A stretch of 64,000 bases of DNA from an uncultured Planctomycetota bacterium (GCA_963737655.1 CAVTTN010000002.1:5216001-5280000); one strand, 5' to 3'. Positions 20,981-32,721 are shown, counted from the stretch's first letter. The notes: a model not told the origin generated them from the letters alone. A program made the numbers and translations.

Positions 20981-21828
20981 ATGGCCGCACCGAGCAAGGC
21001 GCAGATGCTGAACGAGGTCCACGCCCTCTTGAAGAAGAGGTACAAGCTCGGGCCGCGGACCGATCGTTCCTCGGTCCTGGAGGCCGTGATCTTCGCCATC
21101 TGCCACGAGGGGACAACCCGCGAGCAGGCCAACCAGGCGATCAACCGATTCAAGGATGACTTCTTCGACTGGAACGAGGTCCGCGTCTCCTCGATCGAGG
21201 AGATCCAGGGCGTCCTGGCCGGCCTGCCCGACCCCGAGCCCCGGCCCAGAGGCTCCGCCGCTTCCTCCGCCAGCTCTTCGAGAAGACCTACGGCTTCACG
21301 CTCGACGCCCTCGCCAAGAAGCCGCTGAAGGAGTCGGTCAAGGCCCTCCAGGAGTACGAGGCGTTCGCCTCCGACTACGTGCTGGCCTCGGTCACCCAGC
21401 AATCGCTCGGGGGCCACGCCATCCCCGTCGATGCCCCGATCCGCCGGGGGCTGGACCGGCTGGGGCTCATCGACGACTCGATGGACGATCACGCCGTCCG
21501 CTCGTTGCTGGAACGGGCCGTCCCCAAGAACCGGGGGGCCGAGTTCATCGACCTCATGGAGGAGCTCACCCACGATACCTGCGTCGAGGGCGAGCCCGAC
21601 TGCCCCCGATGCGAGCTCAGGAAGATCTGCCCGACTGGCCAGGAGAAGATCGCGGCGGCCAAGACGGCCGAGAAGGCCGCCGCCAAGGCCGCCCGGGGCA
21701 AGCCCGCCCCGGAACCGCCCCCCGCGCCCGCCCCGGCCAAGGCCACGGCCCCCACGAAGGCCGTCGCCGCCCCCCCGCCCTCGCCCTCGCCCAAGGGCGT
21801 GAAGGGGCGATCGCCCAAGGCGAAGTGA
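20981..21828 (+). CDS. Endonuclease III-like HhH-GPD protein (frameshift near 21245)
   Basis: [21 protein letters not shown]-terminal [15 protein letters not shown]e-S motif. Confidence 0.8.
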
Positions 21829-21840
21829 ACTCGCCAGGGC

Positions 21841-22128
21841 TCAGGCGGGGTCCTCGGCGGCCAGGGTCCCGGCCTGGCGGAGGGCCCGTCGCCATTCCTG
21901 CTCGCCGATCGGGTCGTCCGGGAAGTCGAACCGGGCCTTCTCGATGACCTCATACGTCGGCGGCTCGGGGCAGCCCCACCAGCCTCCCCCGCGAAGCCTC
22001 TGGGCCGCCGCCTCGGCCGATTCTCGGCTCGCGTGGAACTGCCTCTCCTGACCCCAGGCCCCGTCGTAGCTCCGGCCGTCCATGCAGTCACCGCCGAGGA
22101 ACGCCGCGACCTCGTAGATCGTCTCCAT
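21841..22128 (-). CDS. Hypothetical protein (95 aa)
   Basis: GGAGG SD before [10 protein letters not shown]; appears fused to trpE in the ORF track only because of a frameshift. Confidence 0.55.
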   Translation of the reverse strand: METIYEVAAFLGGDCMDGRSYDGAWGQERQFHASRESAEAAAQRLRGGGWWGCPEPPTYEVIEKARFDFPDDPIGEQEWRRALRQAGTLAAEDPA

Positions 22129-22163
22129 CGCCGCCTCCGGGGGAAGAAACCGGCGGGGCCGAG

Positions 22164-23679
22164 TCAGGTCCCTCGATCCCCGAGTTGCCCCTCGGCGATC
22201 TCGATCGCCTGGAGGAGGCCCTCGCGCCTTGTTCACCGTCTCCTCGTACTCGTCGGCGGGCACCGAGTCGTACACGACCCCGCAACCCGCCTGCACGTAG
22301 GCCGTCCGCCCCTTCAGGACCAGCGTCCGCAGGGCGATGCACGTATCCATGTTGCCGGTGAAGTCGAGGTAGCCGACGGCCCCGGCATACGGCCCCCGGC
22401 GGGTCGGCTCGACCTCGTCGATGATCTCCATCGCCCGGACCTTCGGCGCCCCGGAGACCGTCCCCGCCGGCAGCCCGGCCCGCAAGGCATCGAAGGCCGT
22501 CTTCCCGGGGGCGAGCGTGCCCGTCACGTTCGAGCTGATGTGCATCACGTGAGAATACCGCTCGACGGTCATGAGGTCCGTGAGCCTCACCGAACCCGGC
22601 TCGGCGACCATCCCCACGTCATTGCGGCCGAGGTCCACGAGCATGATATGCTCGGCCCTCTCCTTCGGGTCGGCCAGGAGCTCGGCGGCCAGGGCCCGAT
22701 CCTCGGCCTCGTCCTTCCCCCTCCGACGGGTCCCCGCCAAAGGGCGGATCGTGACCGCGCCGTCCTCCACCCGGACGAGGATCTCGGGAGAGCTGCCGAT
22801 CAGCCGCAAGTCGTCGTCGAACGTCAGGTAGAACAGGAACGGGCTGGGGTTCACCACGCGGAGGGCGCGATAGATATCGAACGGATCGGCCGAGGTCTCC
22901 ACCCGGAATCTCTGGCTCGGGACGACCTGAAAAATGTCGCCGGCCTTGATGTATTCCTGGCAGTGGCGGACGATCGCCTCGAACCGCTCCCGGGTCAGGT
23001 TCGACTCGGGCCGGAGGGTCATCGGCGCGGTCGTATCAATATCCACCGGGGGCAAATCGGGTCCGGGACCGGAGAGGCGTCCCACGAGCTCGTCCAGGTC
23101 GCGGACCGCTCGCGGATAGGCGGCCTCGGCCCCTTCGGAAGCCCGGGCCAGGACCACGGCGAGGACCGTTTTCCGGATATGATCGAAGATGACCATCCGA
23201 TCATAGAAGTTAAACACCAGGTCGGGCAAATCGCGGTCGTCGGCCGGGGCATTGGGGAGGTTTTCGGTATAGCGGACGGCATCATAGGCCGCATAGCCCA
23301 CCGCGCCCCCGCAGAACCTCGGCAGGGCGGGCAGGTGGATCGACTTGTGCTGATCGAGCAGTTTCTGCAGCTCGGCGAACGGGTCCTCGGCCTCGAAAGA
23401 CCGCAAATCGCCGGTTTCCGGCATCGGCCCGACGGTCACACGCCGCCCCCGGGCCTCGAACCGGAGGAACGGGCCCGAGCCCAGGAGGCTGAACCGGCCG
23501 ACCTTCTCGCCGCCGATCACGCTCTCGAACAAAAACGAAGGCCCCCCGCCGGCCGAGAGCCTGTGGTAAGCCGAAACCGGAGTCAACCCGTCGGCCACCA
23601 GCTCGCGATACACCGGCACCAGCGGGGCCTGCCCCGCCAGGCGGAGGAATTCGGTCAAGTCGGGGCGATGACGGGGCAT
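22164..23679 (-). CDS. trpE: Anthranilate synthase component I (frameshift near 22220)
   Basis: [57 protein letters not shown]; true C-terminus [11 protein letters not shown] in a shifted frame. Confidence 0.95.
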
Positions 23680-23815
23680 GGTCGGGGCACTCGCGGCCGA
23701 GAACGGTCGATCGGGGCCGGTCCCGGCGACCCGATCGGCCAGTGATGGTAGCATCCCCGAGAACTCGTCAGCAACGGCGGCCCCTGGCGAGTCGCCGTCT
23801 CGTCCCTCCGGGAAA

Positions 23816-24403
23816 TCAGATCGAAGATCCCTCGCGACGGAGCCCCTGGCGAAAGGCGACGGCTCGGCCCAGGAGGGCGCCGCAGGCCCCAAGAGCCAGG
23901 GCCACCAGGGTGTGGCCGATGCGGTGGTGCTGACGCGCGACTTGGTTCCGAGAATAGACCCGGATTGACGGTTGCTGGCTGTCGGGCGTCTCGTCGAAGA
24001 CGGGCTCACGGTCGGAAGGATAGACGAGCATATCGGGGTCCTTGCCGCTGCCCACGAAAACTTCTTCGACCATCCCCGGCTCGGGTCCCTGGGTGAATCG
24101 CTCGGTGAGGGCCAGCAGGGGCGAGGCCAGCAGGGGAGGCGGGGGCGTCCCGTGAGGGATGGCCAAAGGCCCGAAGGCGACGGCGAGATACCCGCCGCAG
24201 GCGATGGCGAAGCCCGAGGCGGTCGCCCGGCCGATCCCCGTGGAGGCGACGGCGACGACGGCCGAGCCAAGGATCGCCAGCACGGCCATGGTGAAGAGTC
24301 CCGAAGCCCACAGGGGCGACGAGGCCCGGAGCGCGGCCAGGCCGACGGCCGCCAGGAGGACCAGGCCCATCAGGACGGCCACGGTCGGGCGGGGCGTCTT
24401 CAT
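23816..24403 (-). CDS. Planctomycete-type multi-TM hypothetical protein
   Basis: [25 protein letters not shown] and further hydrophobic helices. Confidence 0.7.
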   Translation of the reverse strand: MKTPRPTVAVLMGLVLLAAVGLAALRASSPLWASGLFTMAVLAILGSAVVAVASTGIGRATASGFAIACGGYLAVAFGPLAIPHGTPPPPLLASPLLALTERFTQGPEPGMVEEVFVGSGKDPDMLVYPSDREPVFDETPDSQQPSIRVYSRNQVARQHHRIGHTLVALALGACGALLGRAVAFRQGLRREGSSI

Positions 24404-24638
24404 GGCGGCGGGCCTCCCGGGTTGGTTGAGCAACGACCGGGGCCAGGATACTCGAAGTCGATCCGTCGGGATATCCGCGGAGGGGATTCGCCCGCTTCGG
24501 CGACCCGATCGGCCAGCGCATGGTGAGACCCCGGCGAAGTCGTCGGCCACGGCAACTCCAGGGCCCGCCTTCCTCCGTCCGGCCCGCGCCTGATAGAATC
24601 GGTTCCCGCACGTCGATCCTCCCCTCCAGGAGAAGGTC

Positions 24639-24830
24639 ATGCCGACCCAGACGCTGAAGGACGAGCTCCGGGAAATCGCCGACAAGCTCCCCGACGATGC
24701 CACGTGGGAAGACGTTCAGTACGCCATCTACGTCCGTCAGTCCATCGAGGCCGGGCTCAAGGATGCCAACGAGGGGCGGTTGGTCAGCTCCGAGGAGATC
24801 CGCAAGCGCTTTGGGCTCGAACGCGCATGA
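24639..24830 (+). CDS. Putative type II antitoxin
   Basis: 63 aa; LPDDATWEDVQYAIYVRQSIEAGL.D..EGR; ATGA overlap with the toxin. Confidence 0.8.
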   Translation: MPTQTLKDELREIADKLPDDATWEDVQYAIYVRQSIEAGLKDANEGRLVSSEEIRKRFGLERA

Positions 24831-25114
24831 ACGTCGACTGGACCGAGGCGGCCTCGAACGACCTTCGCGGCATCCAGGCTCATCTCTCCCGGCAATCGCC
24901 GGGATCGGCCCTCGGGGTCATCGGACGGATCGTCGATCGCGCCGATGGCCTCCCCAAGTTCCCTCGCCTCGGCCCGGTCGTCGCCGAGTATGCCGACGAG
25001 GACCTGCGAGAGGTCTTCGAAGATCCGTATCGGATCGTTTATCGGCTCCGGGAAGACCGGATCGAGGTCGTTGCGGTCGTCCACTCCGCCCGGAGGATGC
25101 CGAGGGGCCTGTAG
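24827..25114 (+). CDS. RelE/ParE family toxin
   Basis: V.WTEAA.NDL, L..FP.LG..V.E, LREVF..PYRIVYR, IEVVAVVHSAR. Confidence 0.9.
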   Translation: MNVDWTEAASNDLRGIQAHLSRQSPGSALGVIGRIVDRADGLPKFPRLGPVVAEYADEDLREVFEDPYRIVYRLREDRIEVVAVVHSARRMPRGL

Positions 25115-25257
25115 TCCCGGGCCGGACGGAAAAAGGGATCAGGAGCCGATTTTGAGCGGATTTCCAGCAGGCAGGTCCAGAAATCGGCTCCTGACCCCTT
25201 TTTCCGCAGGTCCAGAAATCGGCTCCTGACCCCTTTTTCCGTCCGGCCCGGGACTAC
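25111..25257. repeat. 147-bp GTAG...CTAC foldback element (family D) with an internal ~35-bp direct duplication
   Basis: gtagtcccgggccggacggaaaaagggatcaggagccgattt ... aaatcggctcctgacccctttttccgtccggcccgggactac; caggtccagaaatcggctcctgacccctttttccg occurs twice. Confidence 0.92.
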
Positions 25258-25541
25258 CCGATCTCCTGGGGCACTTCGTCCGAGGCGTGGCGGATGGCCC
25301 CCCAGTCGATCGACGCGACCCAGCACCCCTGGTCCTCGTCGTAATCGACCATGCCCTCGGCCCGCAGCTCATCCGGACGGCCCTGGTCGTCGGCATCGTC
25401 GGAGTAGAAGGTCAGGACGAGTCCGCGAGCGAGTTCCAGCCCCAGGCGCCGCAGGTCGTCCCGGGTCCCCGCGCAGGTCAGGCGGAGCCGGTTTTCGTCG
25501 TCCGTGTTCTGGAAATCCGCGTAGATCCGAGGATGGTTCAT
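25254..25541 (-). CDS. Acidic 95-aa hypothetical protein, putative immunity/antitoxin
   Basis: RIYADFQN.D..NRLRL...GT; ATGA-coupled to the upstream toxin-like gene. Confidence 0.7.
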   Translation of the reverse strand: MNHPRIYADFQNTDDENRLRLTCAGTRDDLRRLGLELARGLVLTFYSDDADDQGRPDELRAEGMVDYDEDQGCWVASIDWGAIRHASDEVPQEIG

Positions 25542-25917
25542 GACTCACTCCCGCGCGGCTGCGGCCGGCTCGGGTTCTTCACGGTCGGGAGGAATGCCCC
25601 GCTCGCCTCTTCCGGCGTCAGGCCATCGAGGGTCGCGTGGTACGGATTGCGACGGGTCGGGCTCGGATTCACCTGTCCTCCCAGCCGCCGGACCTCGCCG
25701 ACGGTGGTGACGCCGACTTGATTATGGGGGATTCCGGGGTAGCCCGAGGCCGGGTCGGGGCCGTGAGGTCGGCGAGCGAGGCCCCGGGCGCGGCATTCAC
25801 CGAGAGGCCCCGGAGCCTGCCGTCCTTGTCGCCCCGGACACCGGCCCCTTTTTCGAAGCTCGACGGCAGGTTCTGCCCACCTCGGACGACCAGGGCCTCG
25901 TCGGGCAAGTCCGCCAT
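25538..25917 (-). CDS. Polymorphic-toxin-tip-like protein, possibly Tse2/ART-like (frameshift near 25760)
   Basis: Joined frames: MADLPDEALVVRGG...GLSVN...IPHNQVGVTTVGEVRRLGGQV.PSP...NPYHATL. Confidence 0.6.
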
Positions 25918-26021
25918 GATCCGATCGCTCGCCGGGGCCGTCTCGGCGCTGGGCCTCGCCGCTCCGGTCATCCGACCTCCCCGGAGGGACTCGGGATATC
26001 CCATCGCCCCCGCCGGCTTGC

Positions 26022-26049
26022 TTGACACCCCTCGCGCCTATCATACAAT
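26022..26049 (+). promoter_or_regulatory. Sigma70-like promoter of the mcsA operon
   Basis: TTGACA-N16-TACAAT about 65 bp before the mcsA ATG. Confidence 0.65.
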
Positions 26050-26113
26050 CGTTGGTGAGGATTCGGCGCCACCCGGCGAGGCCCGGGAGGTCAGGGCGGC
26101 GGGAGGGCCGGGG

Positions 26114-26617
26114 ATGCAGCAGAAGTGCCAGAAGTGCGCCAAGCCGGCCACTTACCACATCACCGACATCGAGAAGGGCAAGCCTCGCGAGTACCACTTC
26201 TGCGACGAGCACGCCCGCCAGCACATCAACCCGCCCGAGGAAGCCGCCAGCCTGCCGATGGGCGACCTGGCCGTGGGCCTGATCAAGGGCTCGGGCCCCG
26301 GCCGCGAGCCGTCGGCGGCGGACAAGCAAACCTGCCCGGTCTGCCAGATCACCTTTTTGGAATTCCGCAACACCGGCCGCCTGGGCTGCCCCCACGATTA
26401 CGAGGTCTTCCGCAACGAATTGATGCCCCTGCTCGAGAACATCCACGACGAGACCCGCCACTGCGGCAAGGTCCCCCGCCGGGCCCCCAAGAATAGCCAG
26501 AGGCAGACCGAGCTCATCGAGCTCCGAAACAAACTCAAGCGAGCCGTGGCGGCCGAGGACTACGAGGCCGCCGCACGGCTCCGGGATCAGATCAAGGACA
26601 TCGAGCAGGAGCGATGA
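26114..26617 (+). CDS. mcsA: McsA-like protein (CxxC motifs plus UVR domain), paralogue 1
   Basis: CQKC, CPVC, GRLGCPHDY, AVAAEDYEAAARLRDQI. Confidence 0.88.
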   Translation: MQQKCQKCAKPATYHITDIEKGKPREYHFCDEHARQHINPPEEAASLPMGDLAVGLIKGSGPGREPSAADKQTCPVCQITFLEFRNTGRLGCPHDYEVFRNELMPLLENIHDETRHCGKVPRRAPKNSQRQTELIELRNKLKRAVAAEDYEAAARLRDQIKDIEQER

Positions 26618-26622
26618 GAACC

Positions 26623-26723
26623 GTGGGCGGTGGGCGGTGGGCGGTGGGCAGTGAAGAGGAAATCGGGTGCGGCTGGCCGTCGGTCGTCTCTTCACTGCCC
26701 ACTGCCCACCGCCCACGGCCCAC
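26623..26723. repeat. Heptamer inverted-repeat element, (GTGGGCG/A)n ... (GCCCACT/C)n
   Basis: Left arm ends gtgggcagtgaagag, right arm starts ctcttcactgcccac; same family as 19893-20075. Confidence 0.9.
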
Positions 26724-26735
26724 TCTCGACCCCCA

Positions 26736-27227
26736 ATGACGTGCCAGCGATGCAAGGCCGAGGCGACGGTCCAGTTGACCGAATCGGTCGAGGGCCGGTT
26801 GAAGGAGGTTCACCTGTGCCTCCGGTGCGCCCGGGAGGCCGGCGTCCCGTCCCCGGACTCGACGCCCGACCTGGCCCTGGATTCCGTCGTTCAGGGGCTG
26901 ATCACGGCCCACGTCGGCGAGCTCGTGGGGGAGCTGGCCCGGACGACCTGCCCCCTCTGCGGGATGAAGTTCATGGAATTCCGGATCGGAGGGCGGTTGG
27001 GCTGCCCGAATGATTACCTGGCCTTCGACCGAGGGCTGATCCCCCTGATCCGCCGGGCCCACGGCGTGACCCGCCACGTCGGCAAGGCCCCGAGGCGGAG
27101 GGCGTCCGAGGAGGCGGCCCTCGCCCTGAAGCTCCGGGCCGAACTCCGAGTGGCCGTCGGCCGCGAGGACTACGAAGAGGCGGCCAGGCTCCGCGACCTG
27201 CTCCGCCGGAAGGACGCCGACCGATGA
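26736..27227 (+). CDS. mcsA: McsA-like protein, paralogue 2
   Basis: CQRC, CLRC, CPLC, GRLGCPNDY, EDYEEAARLRD; ATGA overlap with mcsB. Confidence 0.85.
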   Translation: MTCQRCKAEATVQLTESVEGRLKEVHLCLRCAREAGVPSPDSTPDLALDSVVQGLITAHVGELVGELARTTCPLCGMKFMEFRIGGRLGCPNDYLAFDRGLIPLIRRAHGVTRHVGKAPRRRASEEAALALKLRAELRVAVGREDYEEAARLRDLLRRKDADR

Positions 27228-28288
27228 ACCTGGACGACCTGACGAGGACCTCCGGCGAATGGCTCAAGGGCTCCGGCCCCGAGAGCGACATCGTCATGTG
27301 TTCCCGGATCCGCCTGGCGAGGAACCTCGCCACCTTCCCCTTCATCAACCGCGCCAGCCGCTCCGAACGCGCCGAGATCGAGCGCGAGGTCCGCGCCGCC
27401 ATCGGCGAGGGCAGCGTCGATCTCGACTATCAGGACGTCCAGGCCCTCGGCCCGCTCGACCGCCAGTTCCTGGTCGAGCGGCAGTTGATCTCCCGAGAGC
27501 ACTCCAACGGCGACGGCCCCCGAGGCGTGGCCATCGGCCCCGAGGAGAACGTCTCGGTGATGGTCAATGAGGAGGACCACCTCCGCATCCAGGTCATGCA
27601 CTCCGGGCTCTCCCTGCCCGACGTCTGGGAACGGATCAACCGCCTGGACGACCGCCTGGAAGAGACCCTCACCTACGCCTTCTCGCCGCAGCTCGGCTAC
27701 CTGACCGCCTGCCCCACCAACGTCGGCACCGGCATCCGCGTGGGCGTGATGCTCCACCTGCCCGCCCTCGTCCAGACCAAGCAGATCGACAAGGTCTTCC
27801 GCGCCCTCCACAAGATCAACCTGGCCGTCCGCGGCCTGTATGGCGAGGGCACGCAGGCGTTCGGGGACTTCTACCAGATCTCCAACCAGCAGACCCTGGG
27901 CAAGAGCGAGCCCGAGCTGATCCGCAACCTTTCCGACGTGATCCCCCAGATCATCACGTATGAACGCCAGGCGAGGAAGGCGCTGGTGGAAGAGCGCCGC
28001 CAGCTCCTCCACGACCGCGTGAGCCGGGCCTATGGCGTCCTCAAGACGGCCCACACGATCTCCAGCGAGGAGACGATGCACCTCCTCTCCGACGTGAGGA
28101 TGGGGATCAACCTCGGCCTGATCGACGACCTGGAGATCCCCACGGTCAACGAGCTATTCATCCACACCCAGCCGGCCCACCTCCAGAAGATCCAGGGCCG
28201 CGCCCTGGAGGTCGACGACCGCAACATCGCCCGCGCCTCCTACCTCCGGAGCCGCCTGGGCAACGGCCGGCACTCGGCCGAATCGTAG
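27224..28288 (+). CDS. mcsB: Protein-arginine kinase
   Basis: SRIRLARNL, LVERQLIS, MVNEEDHLRIQ, GYLTACPTNVGTG, YQISNQQTLG. Confidence 0.95.
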   Translation: MNLDDLTRTSGEWLKGSGPESDIVMCSRIRLARNLATFPFINRASRSERAEIEREVRAAIGEGSVDLDYQDVQALGPLDRQFLVERQLISREHSNGDGPRGVAIGPEENVSVMVNEEDHLRIQVMHSGLSLPDVWERINRLDDRLEETLTYAFSPQLGYLTACPTNVGTGIRVGVMLHLPALVQTKQIDKVFRALHKINLAVRGLYGEGTQAFGDFYQISNQQTLGKSEPELIRNLSDVIPQIITYERQARKALVEERRQLLHDRVSRAYGVLKTAHTISSEETMHLLSDVRMGINLGLIDDLEIPTVNELFIHTQPAHLQKIQGRALEVDDRNIARASYLRSRLGNGRHSAES

Positions 28289-28353
28289 GGTGCATGAAAT
28301 GCACCATCTTCGATATGCGAGGAGCCGAAGATGGTGCCTTTCATGCACCCCAC
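28285..28353. repeat. REP family A short REPIN
   Basis: gtagggtgcatgaaatgcaccatcttcg...cgaagatggtgcctttcatgcaccccac; TAG is the mcsB stop. Confidence 0.9.
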
Positions 28354-28435
28354 GGGACGATTCCTCTTCCCCATCGCCAGCGCAGAACGGTACGATCGGC
28401 CATTCCAAGTCGCGGGAAGCACTCCGAGAGGCGAT

Positions 28436-29094
28436 ATGCACGACGGTCTGGATCTCGACCCGCATACCGTCCTGGGCCTGAGGCGGGGGGCGTCCGGCGA
28501 GGAGGTCCGCGAGGCCTTCCATCGCAAGTCGATGAAGTATCATCCGGATCATGGCGGGGACGACTGGGCGTTCAAGATCGTGGTCCGGGCGTATGAGGCG
28601 ATGGGGGTGATCGTCGAGAGGGAGCGGCTGGCGGCCCTCCGCGAGGTCCCCGACACCGGCCGGATTCGTCCCGGGGTCCACGACAAGGGCCTCGACCCGA
28701 CCCGGCTCGCCCACGTCGAGGTCGTCTGGATGAGGTACGAGGTCGGCGACCTCGTCGCCCTGATCGGCGACCGCTCCGAGGACCGCAATCTCAGCGGCTC
28801 CCTGACGATCTCCTGGCCCGGCCCCGAGCTCGCCGACCGGGCCAGAGCCTCCCCAACGCCCCGATGATCCTCCAGGCCCTGAACGCCTCGTTCGACGAGA
28901 TCCGCACCCGGACCCGCCCCACCGGCACCTCCTCGCGGATCGAGGACGGCCGGTTCCAGGCCAGCCTCGGCTTCGCCACCGGCCACGCCGCCTCCGACGC
29001 CTTCAAGCTCCTCCACCTGGGGCTCGAGGCCCAGGGGCTCGGCGCGAAGCAGTGGACCCGAGACGTGACGATCCCCAGGGAAGAAGGCGCCTGA
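28436..29094 (+). CDS. J-domain (DnaJ-like) protein (frameshift near 28860)
   Basis: DPHTVLGL..GAS.EEVREAFH.KSMKYHPD; C-terminus continues in ORF 28864-29094. Confidence 0.8.
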
Positions 29095-29217
29095 GCCGAC
29101 CGACCACCGGCCCGGACCAAGAGATCATCGCATCCCAGCCCGCCCCACGATCGCAAGAACCAAAGGGTGAGGGGACCGAGTCGAGACAGGCCCAGGCGGG
29201 CAAGGATTCTCGGCCCC

Positions 29218-29285
29218 GTAGGGTGCATGAAATGCACCATTTTCGGCCCACGCGAATCGAAAATGGTGCATTACATGCACCCTAC
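29218..29285. repeat. REP family A short REPIN
   Basis: gtagggtgcatgaaatgcaccattttcg...cgaaaatggtgcattacatgcaccctac. Confidence 0.92.
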
Positions 29286-29304
29286 GGGTCGCGAGGGAGC
29301 CCGA

Positions 29305-29792
29305 TCAACCGGCGACCGTCTTCCAGTGGCCAATCACGAACGGGCCCTTCGTCGGGGTGAGGTTCCCGCGCCCATCAGCGCCTCATAACCGGAAATTCCG
29401 CCCGAAACCCGCCGCAACTGACCCGAGCCGGCCAGGTGGAGCGTCCGCCCTCCGGGCAGGGTCAGTTGGAGCGAGACCTCGCCCCCGAACAACACGCCGA
29501 CGACCGGGTCTCGCGAGCCGTCCGAGTTGAACAGGTCGCCCACGACCTGACCCCGCCCATCGGCCACCCCGAGGACGATCGGGCCCTTCAACGAAAGGGT
29601 CTGGCCGTGGGCGATCGGCAAGGATCCCTCGAAAACCCGGTAGCGAGCCAGCTCCGCTGCCGCCGAGGTCGCGGCAGGATGGGCATGCCCCCCGCCGCTC
29701 GGCAAGTCCCGAGGCTCGCACCGCTCCAAAATCGGGCGGACCGCCGTCCGACGACGACCGCCGCCCCTCGCACGCCCGAATACCCCGACCAT
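29305..29792 (-). CDS. Small planctomycete extracellular protein with LEPR-XLL-like N-terminal motif (3' end uncertain)
   Basis: RRR..RPILERCEPRDLPS; probable late frameshift. Confidence 0.55.
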
Positions 29793-29886
29793 GACGCCCT
29801 CCCTGGATGCCGAGGCGCCGGGAGGGCGCCCCATGCATCCATCCTATCCCATCGAGGGACCGGACGAGAAGGTGAGGCCGGGGATT

Positions 29887-31644
<1,758 letters not shown>

Positions 31645-31646
31645 TC

Positions 31647-32558
31647 ATGACGGCGACTTCCTCCCGCCCGTGGACGGTTTCGCGGATCTTCCGGCGCCGA
31701 TGGCCGTGGGTCGTGGGCTCGATCCCCCTGATCATCGCGGCGATTTGCGGGTGGCTGACCGCCTCGCTCGACCCGCTCGGGCCCGAGGCCGCCCGGCCGA
31801 TCGAGCGCAAGGCGCCCCCGAAGGTCGCCGTCGCCGCCTGGCCCGAGACGGCCCTGGACGGCCCGGAGGCCAAGCAAATCCTCCTGGACTCGCTGTCGCA
31901 GGCGAGGGCCCGGCTCGAAGCGGCCGGGGGCTACACCGCCACCTTCCGCCGCCGGGAGCGCGTCAACGACGCGTTGGGGGACGAGCAGGTCATCCGGATG
32001 AAGTGCCGCAACTCCCCGTTCGCCATCTACTTCCGGTTCGACACGCCCGAGCCCGGCAAGGAAGTCGTCTACGCCGAGGGGCGGTACGACAACCAGATGA
32101 TCGCCCACAGCGTCGGCTTCAGCCGGAAGCTGATCCCCCGGATCAAGGTCGCGCCCACCTCCGCCCTGGCCATGCGAGGCAACCGCCACCCGATCACCGA
32201 GGCGGGCCTGTTGAACCTGACCAACCGGCTGATCAACTTCCGCAAGATGGACCTGGACGACCCCGAGGCCGGGACCACCCTGGACCGCTGGGCCGACCCC
32301 GCCTCGGGCCGGACCTGGCTCCGCTCGATCCACACCCACCCGCACTTCTCCGAGTCTCGCCCCTTCCAGTACATCGAGGTCCTGTACGACCCGGAAACCC
32401 GAATTCCTCACAAGATCACCAGTTACGACTGGCCCAGGCCGGGCGAGACCGGGCCGAGGAAGCTCGCCGAGCAGTACCAGTACGACGACCTGGACCTCAA
32501 GGCCCCGCTGACCGACCTGGACTTCGACCCGGCCAACCCGGCGTACGACTTCCAGTAG
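31647..32558 (+). CDS. DUF1571 domain protein
   Basis: N-terminal TM; YTATF.RRERV, PFAIYF, GKEVVY.EG, RHPITEAGL, DFDPANPAY. Confidence 0.8.
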   Translation: MTATSSRPWTVSRIFRRRWPWVVGSIPLIIAAICGWLTASLDPLGPEAARPIERKAPPKVAVAAWPETALDGPEAKQILLDSLSQARARLEAAGGYTATFRRRERVNDALGDEQVIRMKCRNSPFAIYFRFDTPEPGKEVVYAEGRYDNQMIAHSVGFSRKLIPRIKVAPTSALAMRGNRHPITEAGLLNLTNRLINFRKMDLDDPEAGTTLDRWADPASGRTWLRSIHTHPHFSESRPFQYIEVLYDPETRIPHKITSYDWPRPGETGPRKLAEQYQYDDLDLKAPLTDLDFDPANPAYDFQ

Positions 32559-32721
32559 GGTCCGGTTCGGCCCGGGACTCCCGAGACCCGATCCCACCGG
32601 TTTTCGACTGGAAGCCGAGGCCCGGGTATGGCATCGTGGACGGTGAGGGCCCTTCCTCTCCGCCGTGCCGGGGCCTCGACCAGTCACGCCTCTCTCGCGG
32701 AACGGGATAGGATCGCGTCCC

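Noticed and set aside
21841..24270. 809-aa ORF suggesting a TrpE fusion protein
   Set aside because: Artefact of a frameshift near 22220 joining trpE to the next gene, plus an over-extended start.
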